Below the pieces are notes generated by a model that saw nothing but the letters and a program-made list of their open reading frames with translations, did not search any database and was not told the origin of the DNA. A stretch of DNA of 64,000 bases from an uncultured virus (IMG/VR IMGVR_UViG_3300044540_000317) (taxonomy: Duplodnaviria; Heunggongvirae; Uroviricota; Caudoviricetes), in IMG/VR virus record IMGVR_UViG_3300044540_000317; one strand, written 5' to 3'. The translations under genes and the position numbers were made by a program. Position 1 is the first letter of the stretch. Each line of letters starts with the position of its first letter. Shown here in pieces: positions 1 through 10,156 of the stretch.

Positions 1-1041
1 GTGCCCGAACCTGACCGCCGAGACCGACCGCCGCTGACCCGCGCGCAGGCCCTGCGCGACGTCACGTTCGACGTCGGTTGGGTGCTGGGCAACCTGGCCG
101 CATGGACCGTCATGGGCCTGCTTGCCGGCCTGCCGGCGCTCACAGTCGAGTCCCAGCTCCGCACATTCATCGCGCTCGCAGCCGACGCCATCGCAGAGTC
201 CAGCCTCGGCTCGTTCGACGCGACCGCCCGCGTCGGCCTATCAGTCACACTGGCGCTGACGACGATGACCCTAACCCCGCTGCTCTGGCGGGTCGTGTCG
301 CAGCCCCTCATCCTGCGCGCCCTGCTTGCCGCGACCGTCCAGCTCCTCGCCGTCAGCGCCGCACTCCTATTCCCGGCTCCCGGCGTCGGGTCCGTCGTCG
401 CGCTTACCCTCGCAGGAACCGGCAGCATCGGATGGATCCTGTGGTCAAAGAAGTGGAGGGGCGCCGGCGTCGCACCCAGCCCTCTCGCGGGTGTCCTGCG
501 ACCGGAGATCCGGCCCGGCCAGATTTGGTTCGCCGTCGTCGTCGGCACCGCAACGACCAAGGTCCGACCCGTCATCGTCCTGGGCCGACCAGAAGGCTCA
601 AGCCGGTGGACAGTGGCGTACCTGACCACCCAAGAGCCCCGCCCTCACCTCGCCGAGCACTACATCGAAGTCCCCCCGGGCGACTTGCGCGGCCTGCCGA
701 AGGGTAACTGGGTCTCGCTACGCGACCCGCGCACCCTACCCCGCCCAAAGTTCCGCTCCTACAACGGACTCGCGCCGGCATGGCTGTACGAAGCCGTCTG
801 CTCGGCGGTCGGCGTCGACGCGAGCTCGGCCGCCCTAACCATCCCCGAAGCGCACGCCGGCGAGCAGGCGGGCCCGGTCGAGCGGTTCCTGCGCCGTGGG
901 CTCATGCTCGGCAGCGCGGAGTCGCGCGACGTCCTCGCGGCGATGAACGAGAACCTCCGCGCGCTCCTTACCCAGGATGTATTCGGCGACCGGCCCGGAC
1001 GGGCGACCCCGGCGCGGCGGGCCGGCCAACGCCGCCCGTAA
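1..1041 (+). CDS. Multi-pass membrane protein with C-terminal PemK/MazF-like domain (5' end may lie outside window)
   Basis: About four hydrophobic segments, then IRPGQIWF...KVRPVIVL...VAYLTT...WVSLRDPRTL, the PemK/MazF pattern. Confidence 0.6.
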   Translation: MPEPDRRDRPPLTRAQALRDVTFDVGWVLGNLAAWTVMGLLAGLPALTVESQLRTFIALAADAIAESSLGSFDATARVGLSVTLALTTMTLTPLLWRVVSQPLILRALLAATVQLLAVSAALLFPAPGVGSVVALTLAGTGSIGWILWSKKWRGAGVAPSPLAGVLRPEIRPGQIWFAVVVGTATTKVRPVIVLGRPEGSSRWTVAYLTTQEPRPHLAEHYIEVPPGDLRGLPKGNWVSLRDPRTLPRPKFRSYNGLAPAWLYEAVCSAVGVDASSAALTIPEAHAGEQAGPVERFLRRGLMLGSAESRDVLAAMNENLRALLTQDVFGDRPGRATPARRAGQRRP

Positions 1042-1058
1042 CCCGTCCGACTCGCAGC

Positions 1059-3404
1059 TCAGGCGGCGTTCGCGACCACGACCTGCCGGCGGGCGAAGAT
1101 CAGCGACGCGTCACCGTCCGCACCTACCGCGTCGACAACTACGGATGACCCCGGCCCGTACTCCCCCGACAGGATCCGGTCAGCGAGCTGGTCCTCGAGC
1201 TCACGCTGGATAACCCGGCGCAACGGACGCGCACCCATCACCGGGTCGTAGCCGACCGCGGCGAGGTGCAGCTTCGCCGCGGTGCTTACTTCCAGCGTGA
1301 CACCACGGTCCGCGAGACGCTCAGCGAGCGAGGCCAGGAACAGATCCACGATCTCGGTGACCTGCTCCTGTGTCAGCGGGCTGAACACGACGACCTCGTC
1401 GATGCGGTTGAGGAACTCCGGACGGAACGAGACCTTTAGGTCCGCATCCACCTTCGCCCGCATCCGCTCATAGTCGGCCACGTCGTCGCCAGCAGCGGCG
1501 AAGCCGACCGGGACGCCGCGGGACAGGTCTCTCGACCCCAGGTTCGTCGTCATGATCACGACGGTGTTCTTGAAGTCGACGACCCGGCCCGCCGAGTCCG
1601 TCAGCCGGCCCTCGTCGAAGACCTGCAGGAGCGCGTTGAACACGTCCGGGTGGGCCTTCTCGATCTCGTCGAGGAGGACGACGCTGAAAGGCCGCCGGCG
1701 GACTTTCTCCGTCAGCTGGCCTCCTTCCTCGAAGCCGACGTAGCCGGGAGGAGCGCCGAACAGCCGAGCAACGGTGTGCTTCTCCCCATACTCGCTCATG
1801 TCGACGGCAATGAGGGCGTCGTCTGACCCGAACAGCTGCTCGGCCAGCGCCTTCGCCAGCTCTGTCTTTCCGACCCCGGTCGGCCCGGCGAAGATGAATG
1901 AGCCCGTCGGACGTTTCGGGTCTTTGAGTCCGGACCGGGACCGCCGGATCGCGCGAGCGAGCGCCGACACGGCCTGCTGCTGCCCGATCACGCGCCCGTG
2001 CAGCTCGTCCTCGAGTGCGAGCAGACGCAGCGACTCCGCCTCGGTCATCTGCGCGACCGGGACGCCGGTCGCCTCAGCTAGGACTGCTGCGACATCGCCA
2101 GCGCCGAGCTCGACCGGGGTCCCGTCCGACGCGGCGAGCGCAGCGCGCGCGGCCGCCTCGTCAAGCAGGTCGAACGCCTTGTCGGGCAGGAAACGGTCGG
2201 AGATGTAGCGGTCGGAGAGCCGGACCGCGGCCTCGATCGCGTTGTCGGAGATCCGCAGCTCGTGGTGCTCCTCGTACGCGCGGCGCAGCCCCGAAAGGAT
2301 CGCGACGGACTCTTCAACCGTCGGCGGGGCGACCTTCACTGGCTGGAAGCGCCGTTCGAGCGCGGCGTCCTTCTCGATGTACTTGCGGTACTCAGCCAGA
2401 GTCGTGGCCCCGACCGCGCGAAGCTGGCCGCGGGCGAGCAGCGGCTTGAGGATGTTCGCTGCGTCCATCTGACCCTCCTGGCCGCCGGCGCCGACGAGGG
2501 TGTGAAGCTCGTCGATGAACACGATTGCGGCAGGGTGAGTGAGCAGCTCGGCGACGACCTTCTTGAGCCGCTCCTCGAAGTCTCCGCGGAACCGGGTCCC
2601 GGCGACCATCGCAGCGAGGTCGAGCGCGAACACCTCCGCCTTCGCGAGCTTCGTCGGCACCTGTCCGGCGACGATACGCTGAGCGAGCCCTTCGACGATC
2701 GCCGTCTTCCCGACGCCGGGCTCCCCGACCAGGACCGGGTTGTTCTTCGTCCGCCGAACCAGGGTGCGGATCACCCGGTCGAGGACGTCGTCACGGCCGA
2801 TCACGGGGTCGAGCTCGCCGGCCTTCGCGCGCGCGGTCAGGTTCGTCGCGTACTGCTCAAGCATCGATTTCGTCCCCGACGGCCGCTGCTGGCGGGCGGG
2901 GCGCGCGGCTGCGGTCCGCTCCTCGGACTGGCCGGCTGGAAGGGTCTCCCCGTGAGCGGCCGCGCCGCTGCGCTCAGCGAGCACTCGAAGCGTGGCCTCC
3001 CGGACCGCGCCCGCGTCGACGCCCCACGCGGTGAGGAGCTGGCGCACTAGGCCGTCCGGGTCGCGAAGCAGCCCAAGGAGGAGGTGCTCGGTCCCGATAT
3101 AGCCGTGCCCGAGGCCGAGAGCCTCACGCAGCGAAAGCTCGAGGATCTTCTTCGCCCGAGGGGTGAACGGGCGGGCATCTTCGCCGGTCGCCTCGCCGGG
3201 GCCGATCAGTTCGGCGACGGCTTCAAGCGCCGCCGTGTGCGTGATGTCGCACTGGGCGAGGGCGGCGCCGGCGACCGAGTCCGGGTCGTTCAGAAGGCCG
3301 AGGAATAGATGTTCGGTTCCGATGTATTCGTGCCCGAGCGCTCGTGCGCTCTCCTGTGCGGCGACGATGACGGACCGGGCGGAGTCAGTGAAGCGCTCGA
3401 ACAA
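1059..3404 (-). CDS. clpC: ATP-dependent Clp protease ATPase subunit, ClpC-like, lacking the middle (UVR) domain
   Basis: FERFTD N-terminus, two Clp-N repeats ([16 protein letters not shown]), Walker A GEPGVGKT and [25 protein letters not shown] at 3404 follows GAAAGG. Confidence 0.93.
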   Translation of the reverse strand: MFERFTDSARSVIVAAQESARALGHEYIGTEHLFLGLLNDPDSVAGAALAQCDITHTAALEAVAELIGPGEATGEDARPFTPRAKKILELSLREALGLGHGYIGTEHLLLGLLRDPDGLVRQLLTAWGVDAGAVREATLRVLAERSGAAAHGETLPAGQSEERTAAARPARQQRPSGTKSMLEQYATNLTARAKAGELDPVIGRDDVLDRVIRTLVRRTKNNPVLVGEPGVGKTAIVEGLAQRIVAGQVPTKLAKAEVFALDLAAMVAGTRFRGDFEERLKKVVAELLTHPAAIVFIDELHTLVGAGGQEGQMDAANILKPLLARGQLRAVGATTLAEYRKYIEKDAALERRFQPVKVAPPTVEESVAILSGLRRAYEEHHELRISDNAIEAAVRLSDRYISDRFLPDKAFDLLDEAAARAALAASDGTPVELGAGDVAAVLAEATGVPVAQMTEAESLRLLALEDELHGRVIGQQQAVSALARAIRRSRSGLKDPKRPTGSFIFAGPTGVGKTELAKALAEQLFGSDDALIAVDMSEYGEKHTVARLFGAPPGYVGFEEGGQLTEKVRRRPFSVVLLDEIEKAHPDVFNALLQVFDEGRLTDSAGRVVDFKNTVVIMTTNLGSRDLSRGVPVGFAAAGDDVADYERMRAKVDADLKVSFRPEFLNRIDEVVVFSPLTQEQVTEIVDLFLASLAERLADRGVTLEVSTAAKLHLAAVGYDPVMGARPLRRVIQRELEDQLADRILSGEYGPGSSVVVDAVGADGDASLIFARRQVVVANAA

Positions 3405-3510
3405 GTCGGACCAGCCTTTCGTTCCTGCGGCCATATGCGCAGCCGCGACGGCCCCCCTATCGGGGCCGACCCCCGTTCGACGGCGGGTCGGAAACGCCGA
3501 TGCCAGCCTC

Positions 3511-3810
3511 GTGACAGCCCCGGATCGTGTTCAGAATCCAGCCGGTCGCGCAGCGATGAGACGCTCTGTCGCCGCGGCCGTCTGGTCGTTCTTCCTGCCT
3601 CCTGTCGGGGTGGCGCTCGGAGTTCGGGCGCTCCGCGCCGCCGGTGACGGGCCGGCAAACGGACCTGTCCGCGCCGCCGCGTGGACGGCGATCGTCAACG
3701 GCGCGATCTCGTGCGTGACGTGGGCTGTCATCGCCGCCGGGGCATGGTGGGCGGTGGGCTCGGGATGGTTCCAGCGACTTGCCGACGAGCTGAGTCGGCT
3801 GTACTCCTGA
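3511..3810 (+). CDS. Small membrane protein, DUF4190-like
   Basis: [12 protein letters not shown] plus a second TM helix; GTG 8 nt after CCGATG. Confidence 0.55.
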   Translation: MTAPDRVQNPAGRAAMRRSVAAAVWSFFLPPVGVALGVRALRAAGDGPANGPVRAAAWTAIVNGAISCVTWAVIAAGAWWAVGSGWFQRLADELSRLYS

Positions 3811-3816
3811 CCGGGG

Positions 3817-4707
3817 TCAGGCCGCCGCCGTTGCGGCGGGCCGCGCCGGCGAGACGAAGTTGGTGACGAGCACCTCGCGCACCTGATGGACCGTCGTGCC
3901 GCGCCCGGCGGTGTACGTTGCCGTCATGTCCCAGATGCGCTCGTCGGGGAAATGGCGAGCATAGAACCCGTCCCCGATGTCCTTGTTCGAGTATGCAAAC
4001 GGGCCGTCGTGGGCGCGCAGATGGTCAATAAGGCGCACCTGGTCCGCTTCTGTAAACCCGCCCTGGTAGTCCACTACGGAGTCCCGGTACGGCGGGTCCG
4101 CATACACGAAGTCGCCCGGGCGGAGTGGGACGTCACCGAAGTCGCCGGCGAGCAGCGTCGCCCGACGCAGCAAGACCGCGACCGCTCGCACACGGCCTTC
4201 GTCGAAGAAGCCCGCCTTCTGTAGGCAGGTGCCCGGCGGTGTCGAGTACCGCCCGTTGCACTTGATGTACGCCTTCCACATCCCGTTGAAGTTCGTCTGC
4301 AGCATGAACAGCAGCACGCCGGCCAGCCTGGACGGTGCCGTGGCTTCATGCCGCTGCGTGTACTCCTCGCGCAGTTCGTAGTAGAACGCCTTGCGCTCTT
4401 CCGGCGTCTTCGGTAGCCAGGCCTGGACGCAGCTCCTCCATGCCGCGATGGTCGCTTCCTCTTCGTCGGCGAGCGAGCGGTACAGCAGCATTAGCTCGTC
4501 GTTCCCGTCGTTGATGACCAGCTCAGCGTCCGGGAACCGCTCCGCGACCCATAGGACCATCGTTAGCCCGCCGGCGAACAGGTCCACGAAACGAGTGACC
4601 CGCTCGGGGAAGAAATGAGCCTCGTACCCGGCCAGCATTCGCTGCTTCGAACCCGCCCACTTGAATAGCGGAGAGATTTGCGTGCGTGTCGCCAACGGTC
4701 TGACCAT
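3817..4707 (-). CDS. Dam-family (D12 class) DNA adenine methyltransferase, solitary
   Basis: LFKWAGSK, FVDLFAGG (motif I), IND, FVYADPPY (motif IV), EVLVTNF. Confidence 0.92.
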   Translation of the reverse strand: MVRPLATRTQISPLFKWAGSKQRMLAGYEAHFFPERVTRFVDLFAGGLTMVLWVAERFPDAELVINDGNDELMLLYRSLADEEEATIAAWRSCVQAWLPKTPEERKAFYYELREEYTQRHEATAPSRLAGVLLFMLQTNFNGMWKAYIKCNGRYSTPPGTCLQKAGFFDEGRVRAVAVLLRRATLLAGDFGDVPLRPGDFVYADPPYRDSVVDYQGGFTEADQVRLIDHLRAHDGPFAYSNKDIGDGFYARHFPDERIWDMTATYTAGRGTTVHQVREVLVTNFVSPARPAATAAA

Positions 4708-4762
4708 GGCGACGCCATCGGCTTCGGAGCTGCTCTCCGCGCCAACGCAAGTACGTCAGGAA

Positions 4763-4784
4763 TGTCGGACAGGGGAACTATCCT
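4763..4784 (+). promoter_or_regulatory. TGTCGG-N10-TATCCT promoter (PafBC/RecA-NDp-like)
   Basis: Exact consensus spacing, upstream of the small ORF at 4839. Confidence 0.6.
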
Positions 4785-4838
4785 GAATGGGTTGTCGCAA
4801 TCCGCGACGCCTCAACGTCACCTACGCAGGAGGTATCA

Positions 4839-4985
4839 GTGACCGACCGCAACCCCGTCACCAGCGCCGGCGATGCCGCGGCACGCAGCAACGAGCTGTA
4901 CGCCCAGTACTCGCCCCGAACGGCAGAGCAGGCTGCCCCTCTCGACCCGGCGAACGAGTCGAACTGGGGTCCGGCGCCCTTCTAA
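4839..4985 (+). CDS. 48-aa small protein (not in the supplied ORF track)
   Basis: AGGAGG SD before GTG; MTDRNPVTSAGDAAARSNELYAQYSPRTAEQAAPLDPANESNWGPAPF*; fills an intergenic gap. Confidence 0.6.
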   Translation: MTDRNPVTSAGDAAARSNELYAQYSPRTAEQAAPLDPANESNWGPAPF

Positions 4986-5070
4986 GTCGAAGGACTGCCG
5001 TCAGCCGTCCGAACCTGCCCGTACCGTCGGAGCTCCACAAGCTCCGATAAAGGGCTCCGAGGTGAGATCA

Positions 5071-5718
5071 ATGGCCGACATGACCGCCGCTGCGGGCGAC
5101 GCTTTGCCGCGCCCCCACGCCGTACTGCACTCGTCGAAAGTGGAAGCCCTCCTTAGCGCTGTCGGCTCCAAGGACCAAGACGCGCTTGATCGGCTCGGCT
5201 CGCCCGCAGCGTTCGACCTCACCCTCGCCCCCGGCTGGCATATCTCCCTACACCCTCTTCAAGCGTCCGCGGCCGACTACGCGATCGCTTGGAACCAGTA
5301 CGAGCTGCTTCTCGTCGCGGCGATCGAGAGCGGCGCGCTCGCGCTCCCGGACGGCACTGAGGTCGACATCGAAGAGATCGAGCCCGGACGAGCCCGACTC
5401 CTTATCCGTCCGACGGCGCCGCTCGCCGTCACACTCGCGACCGATCCGTTCACCGTCGCCGACATCGCCGCCTCGGCCGCCCCGGACGGCGACGGGGCGG
5501 AACACGCTTTACTTGTTGACGCGGCCTGGCGGCTCGGCTCCGCCCTTGTTGAGCTTTACGCCGCCGCACTGCCCCTGCTTGCCGACTACTCCACTGACCC
5601 GAACTTGCTTGCCGCGATCGCGGACACGAACGATGCTGGCATCCGCGCCGCTGCCCTGCGTAACCCGCACACGCCTGAGCGCGCCCGCATCATGGCGGCG
5701 CTGCGCACGGAGGTCTGA
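5071..5718 (+). CDS. Hypothetical protein with C-terminal LRV-like tail
   Basis: GAGGTGA SD; ends DPNLLAAIADTNDAGIRAAALRNPHTPERARIMAAL. Confidence 0.65.
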   Translation: MADMTAAAGDALPRPHAVLHSSKVEALLSAVGSKDQDALDRLGSPAAFDLTLAPGWHISLHPLQASAADYAIAWNQYELLLVAAIESGALALPDGTEVDIEEIEPGRARLLIRPTAPLAVTLATDPFTVADIAASAAPDGDGAEHALLVDAAWRLGSALVELYAAALPLLADYSTDPNLLAAIADTNDAGIRAAALRNPHTPERARIMAALRTEV

Positions 5719-5779
5719 CTGCCCGGCGAATCAGTAGCCACTGTGGCTGCTGCCGCAAGTCCGGGCCGATGAGCGGGCT

Positions 5780-6202
5780 ATGGACGCGCCCGCCGGCCCC
5801 GAGAGAGGCGCACTGCGCGCCCTACGCGCCGCTTGTAGCCTCTCCGCGTGGTCTGGTAATGACGGGGAGTGCCAGTGGTGCTCATCGCCTCTGCCGGCCG
5901 GACGGCGTCGGACGTGGTGCTCAGATGGCTGCCGGCGAGCGTTCGAGCGCAACCACGTCTGGTCGATAGCCCGCGCCGCCGCTCGCCGCCGCGACCGTTA
6001 TGCCTGCCGTTCGTGCGGAACGGGAAAGGCGGACGCCGCCATCGAGGTAAACCATGTGGTTCCGGTTGCTGGGGCCGGGTACGGAGTGTCGTGCCGGCAC
6101 CATTTGACGGGGCTCGAGACGTTGTGCCACGACTGCCATGTGCGGGTGACTGCAATGCAGCGGGCCGCCGGCTTGCTTCGCAGCGCCGCAGGCCCGACCT
6201 GA
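5780..6202 (+). CDS. HNH endonuclease with N-terminal Zn finger
   Basis: CQWC...WCSDGC; RDRYACRSCG...EVNHVVP...LETLCHDCH. Confidence 0.8.
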   Translation: MDAPAGPERGALRALRAACSLSAWSGNDGECQWCSSPLPAGRRRTWCSDGCRRAFERNHVWSIARAAARRRDRYACRSCGTGKADAAIEVNHVVPVAGAGYGVSCRHHLTGLETLCHDCHVRVTAMQRAAGLLRSAAGPT

Positions 6203-6302
6203 GGAAACCTCACCCATTGGGGCTTCGGCGAAGACACGTCAGCCCCCGCAGCCGTAGGTGAGGCGTGCGGGGGCTGGTCGGACCATCGGCCCGACCCGAG
6301 CC

Positions 6303-7355
6303 TCAGAGCACCGCGCCTCGGTTGATTTCCAGCTGCGCGGCTTCCCGCCCCGCCGCTGTCGCGACCGACCCCCACGTCTCCGGGTCGATCCGGGTGAAAT
6401 ACCGCACGCCGCGAGGTGCCTCGTAGTCATACCTGCCGGTGAACCCGCGAGGAAGCGGCAGGTCCACCTTCCGCCAGCCCGCTCCGACGAGCGCAGCCGT
6501 GACCTGTTCGTGCCACTCCTCGTTCCAGTGGCGGAGCACGTCATTCTGGAGCGGCGTGCTTCTGTTCGTGCGGGTGCCGGGGATGCGCGGCGCGCCGACG
6601 ACCGCGACGGCGACCGGCACCTGCACGCCTTCGGACTTGATCGTCAGGACGCGGCCACGCGGCGCGCCGTACTTGTCGTCCTCGAACCCACGCGACGCCG
6701 CATCGAGGCGGTTGGCCTGCAGCACTCGTCGGACCTTGCCCAGGTCGATGCCGGGAAGCTGTCGGCCGCGCCGCAGTTCGCGGGCGAGGATGCGGGAGCT
6801 GAGCGCGGCGATGCTGTCCCCGTCGATGAGGCCGCCGAGGGCGAACAGGCTCTCCGGGTCGTCCATCGCCTGAACCAGGGTGGTCAGCCCCTCCGGGTCA
6901 TCCCAGGCGGCGAAGCCGAGCTGGGCGGGCGAGCCGTGCAGCTGTAGAGCCCAGCCGCCCTCGGCAGCCTGGTGCCGCACCGACTTCAACTGGAACGGCA
7001 TCCAGGTCAGGACGGGGGTGCCGTCCTCCGGGCTGCCTTCGTGGCTGCCTGAGACGTAGGCGGTGAGGTAGTTGCCGCCTACTTCGAGCTTCCGCAGGCC
7101 GAGGGCGGTGGGGTTGAGTGCGGCGAGCCGGATCTCGTTCAGGGCCGTGTTCAGGGCCTGGTTGGCGCGGGCAGAGTGCGTTGCGAGCGCCTCGAGGAAC
7201 TTCTGCGGGATGGCAAGGGTCATCCCGTCGTCGGTGACGATCTCGATGCCGCGCTCGCCGGTGCGGGGGTCGTTGATGACGGGGGTGATGGCGAACGGGG
7301 TTTCCTGCTGGGGGTTCAGGGGCAGCGGTCCGGCGGGGATGTTCAGCTCGAGCAT
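6303..7355 (-). CDS. Hypothetical protein (350 aa), probably leaderless
   Basis: Long ORF with good codon usage; TAGATT 6 nt before ATG. Confidence 0.7.
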   Translation of the reverse strand: MLELNIPAGPLPLNPQQETPFAITPVINDPRTGERGIEIVTDDGMTLAIPQKFLEALATHSARANQALNTALNEIRLAALNPTALGLRKLEVGGNYLTAYVSGSHEGSPEDGTPVLTWMPFQLKSVRHQAAEGGWALQLHGSPAQLGFAAWDDPEGLTTLVQAMDDPESLFALGGLIDGDSIAALSSRILARELRRGRQLPGIDLGKVRRVLQANRLDAASRGFEDDKYGAPRGRVLTIKSEGVQVPVAVAVVGAPRIPGTRTNRSTPLQNDVLRHWNEEWHEQVTAALVGAGWRKVDLPLPRGFTGRYDYEAPRGVRYFTRIDPETWGSVATAAGREAAQLEINRGAVL

Positions 7356-7361
7356 GACCCC

Positions 7362-7383
7362 AATCTACGGGGGACCTCCGACA
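7362..7383 (-). promoter_or_regulatory. TGTCGG-N10-TAGATT promoter (PafBC/RecA-NDp-like)
   Basis: Exact consensus, 6 nt upstream of ATG 7355. Confidence 0.65.
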
Positions 7384-7474
7384 CTCGGATGCCTGTAAAT
7401 CGTTGGGCTGTAAGGGGTTTCGGCCCCACCCTCCCCCTGGGCTGATATTTGCTCAGTTCTGGCCTGGCGGCCGT

Positions 7475-8221
7475 TCACCGACCCGGAGCCGGCGCGGCGG
7501 GCTCCCCGAAGCGGGCGTTGAGATCCCGCAGCATCGCCGCGATCAGACGCAGGTCCTCAGCCACGTCACCCTCCCGTCTGCCGCCTTCACTATCTGAGAT
7601 CGTCCAACGACCCTGCTCGAGCCGGTGCGCGCACGCCTCGAAGAACCGCGCCGTGTACGCCGACGCCGCCTGCGGCACCGACGCGAACGGACCGCGCACC
7701 TCGACCGGGCCGCTCTGCCCGCGGAGCGTCAACGTCTCCTCCCCCTTCGCCGGCGCCGTAACAGCGAGCAGCGTGGACAGGCGCCCCGTGTAGCCCGCAG
7801 TGAGCAGCGTCGCGTGCAACGCCCAACGGTCGGCGCTGTTCGCGAACGCGACCGTCGAACACATCACCAGCGTGTGCGCCACCATCGTCGCGACCGCGAC
7901 CGGCAGCGGAATTCGGTTCTCGTGCTCCCACGGATCCGAACCCGGCCGCTCCTCCGCGATGCCCAGCAGCAGCTCCGCAACCACCCCGTCCGCATGCTCA
8001 TCCATCCGCCCTTCGGAGGCAGCGATGAACTCTTCCAGCGAGGTGAATCCGGACGCGCGCGCGGTGCGCGCGACCCACTTCGTGATCGCGCCGACGGCAT
8101 CGCCCGCCGGGTAGAACACGTCCCAGTCCCGCAACCGTTCGTCGACGAGGTCGTTCAGGTCGGAGACGAACCGGGCCTGCGGGCTGAGGTACTCGCGGCG
8201 GGCGCTGCTCTGAGTCGTCAT
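7475..8221 (-). CDS. Hypothetical protein
   Basis: Globular-looking part of ORF 7475..8653; the longer start would overlap the GNAT gene. Confidence 0.6.
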   Translation of the reverse strand: MTTQSSARREYLSPQARFVSDLNDLVDERLRDWDVFYPAGDAVGAITKWVARTARASGFTSLEEFIAASEGRMDEHADGVVAELLLGIAEERPGSDPWEHENRIPLPVAVATMVAHTLVMCSTVAFANSADRWALHATLLTAGYTGRLSTLLAVTAPAKGEETLTLRGQSGPVEVRGPFASVPQAASAYTARFFEACAHRLEQGRWTISDSEGGRREGDVAEDLRLIAAMLRDLNARFGEPAAPAPGR

Positions 8222-8305
8222 GCCCTCATCCATAGGCGCGCCCGCACCTCCACCCGCCCCCGTTAGGTACCTCGCCGACCCGGAACGCGGCAGCGGAGGT
8301 GACCC

Positions 8306-8806
8306 ATGGGGACAGCTGAGCGTCTCCGCGACGAGCGGACCGGCCAGTTCCGCGGGTCCCGCGCCGGCGCGGGAGGGCTCCCGCTGGCCCCGTCCCCGGC
8401 ACCGCTCCTGTTCCCGTCCGCGCCGCAGGCCGCCTCGCCCGGCATTGAGCTCCCAGCCCTGGACGACACCGCCAGGGTTCAGGGCCTGCGCACGCTCCTG
8501 AAGGCCGAGCATCCCGGACTGGTTCTTGACCTGAGCGGGCCCGACCGGGGCGGTTTCGTCACCCTGTCGCTCATCTCGGTCCCCCGCACCCTGCGCGGCA
8601 CAGGTGTTGCGACCGCCGTCATGGGCCGGCTGACGGCCGAAGCGGACCGGCACGGCTGGACTCTCGCTCTCAGCCCGGACTCGTCGTTCGGGTCGTCGAA
8701 GGCGCGCCTGGTCGGCTTCTACGGCCGGTTCGGGTTCACCCCGAACCGGGGTGGCACTCGCGACTTCGCCACCCGCGAAACGATGATCCGACGCCCTTCT
8801 CGGTGA
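8306..8806 (+). CDS. GNAT acetyltransferase with N-terminal RDERTGQF leader
   Basis: VPRTLRGTGVATAVM (acetyl-CoA loop), LVGFYGRFGF; GGAGGTGA SD; CGTTAG at 8261. Confidence 0.8.
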   Translation: MGTAERLRDERTGQFRGSRAGAGGLPLAPSPAPLLFPSAPQAASPGIELPALDDTARVQGLRTLLKAEHPGLVLDLSGPDRGGFVTLSLISVPRTLRGTGVATAVMGRLTAEADRHGWTLALSPDSSFGSSKARLVGFYGRFGFTPNRGGTRDFATRETMIRRPSR

Positions 8807-8812
8807 CCGACG

Positions 8813-9448
8813 TCAGCGGACCTCGGCGCGGAGCAGGGCAACCATGACTCGCACATCGTCGGGCAGGTGAATGCTCCCGGCGGCGGCCGCGAGCACCTCG
8901 GGGAAGTCCGCGTAGCTGGCGACGGCGTGCTGCGCCGCACCACCGGGGCATGCCGGGTTCTCCAACGCGACGGCTACCACTCTCATGGCCATCACCCGGA
9001 GGGTCTCCGTCTCTTCGGATGCGACGGCCGACGCAAGGACGACGTCGAGCAGCTCTGGGTCGCGGGTATGCGCGACTGCGAGCATCCGCACGTACGGATG
9101 GAAGTCCGTTCCGGTCGCGAACGCGGCCAGCGCCCACTCGGGGCAGCCCGGCGCCACGATCGACGGGACCGGGTCCGCAACCACCCGAGCGGGAAGCGTC
9201 CGGGCCGGTCGAGCTCGCCACCAGCCCCACGACCGCCACGACGTTCGCGGACCCTGCGCGGGGACCGCGCCGCTCTGCTCGCGCGCGTCGCGGGCGCGGG
9301 CGTACCACTTCGCTTCGTTGTACCAAAGGGCCGGGACCGACGATCTGCGGACGTGGTCCCCCTGCTGCTTCACCCACGCCTCAAGCTGGCTCCGTCGCCG
9401 TTTCGCGGCATGCCGGGCAAGAGCCGCCAGCTGCGCGTCGACCGTCAT
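8813..9448 (-). CDS. Hypothetical protein with LRV-like C-terminus; paralog of 9445..10071
   Basis: Shares GCPEWxLAAFA, YVRMLxxAHTRD and ENPACP with its neighbour; ATGA overlap. Confidence 0.75.
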   Translation of the reverse strand: MTVDAQLAALARHAAKRRRSQLEAWVKQQGDHVRRSSVPALWYNEAKWYARARDAREQSGAVPAQGPRTSWRSWGWWRARPARTLPARVVADPVPSIVAPGCPEWALAAFATGTDFHPYVRMLAVAHTRDPELLDVVLASAVASEETETLRVMAMRVVAVALENPACPGGAAQHAVASYADFPEVLAAAAGSIHLPDDVRVMVALLRAEVR

Positions 9449-10071
9449 TCGGCTTGCGAGAGCAGCGCGGCCATCACCCGCGCCTCTTCCGGCAGGTGCG
9501 GGCTCGCCGCAGCCGCGGCAAGGACGTTCCGGTTATCGCTGTGGAGGGAGATGGCGCGCAACGCGACGTCTGACGGGCAGGCCGGGTTCTCCACGACGAC
9601 CGACGCGACCCGCGCCGCGGAACGCGAACAGTCGCCGACAAGCCGTGCGAGCAGTCCCCGATCTCGGGTGTGCGCAGCGGTGAGCATCCGCACATACGTG
9701 GGGCCGTCCGTGTCGAGCGCGAACGCTGCCAGCACCCACTCCGGGCAGCCTGCAGCGAGGATCGCCCAAACCGGGTTAGTCGCCACATCCCGCGGCAGCT
9801 TCTTACGGGGGTGCGAGTTCCATCGGGTCCAGCGCCGCGGCCGGTCCATGCCGGGAGCGGACCCGATCGTCACCATCGCACGTGGCGCGGTCGCGCTGTG
9901 GTAGGAGCGGGCTTCGGCATGCCAGAGATGCTGGTTCGCCGAACGGAGCACGTGCTCACCCTGACCGGCCAACCAGCTCTCGAACTCGGCCCGCTCATGT
10001 TCCGCGATGTGCTTCGCGATCTCCTGGAACCAACGACTCTGCGGGTTCACCGCGAGCCGCCCCATGCCCAT
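9445..10071 (-). CDS. Hypothetical protein with LRV-like C-terminus; paralog of 8813..9448
   Basis: Same shared blocks; ends SPHLPEEARVMAALL. Confidence 0.75.
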   Translation of the reverse strand: MGMGRLAVNPQSRWFQEIAKHIAEHERAEFESWLAGQGEHVLRSANQHLWHAEARSYHSATAPRAMVTIGSAPGMDRPRRWTRWNSHPRKKLPRDVATNPVWAILAAGCPEWVLAAFALDTDGPTYVRMLTAAHTRDRGLLARLVGDCSRSAARVASVVVENPACPSDVALRAISLHSDNRNVLAAAAASPHLPEEARVMAALLSQAE

Positions 10072-10156
10072 GTCCGGCGAGCGCAGCTCCCGACGGATGC
10101 GGCCAGGAATGAAGCGCTCATGGTAGACCTATGGGCGCCCGCCGCCGGTCACCGCA

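Noticed and set aside
3817..6202. Methylase and HNH as a restriction-modification pair
   Set aside because: Divergent, separated by two genes, and the HNH is a small stand-alone type
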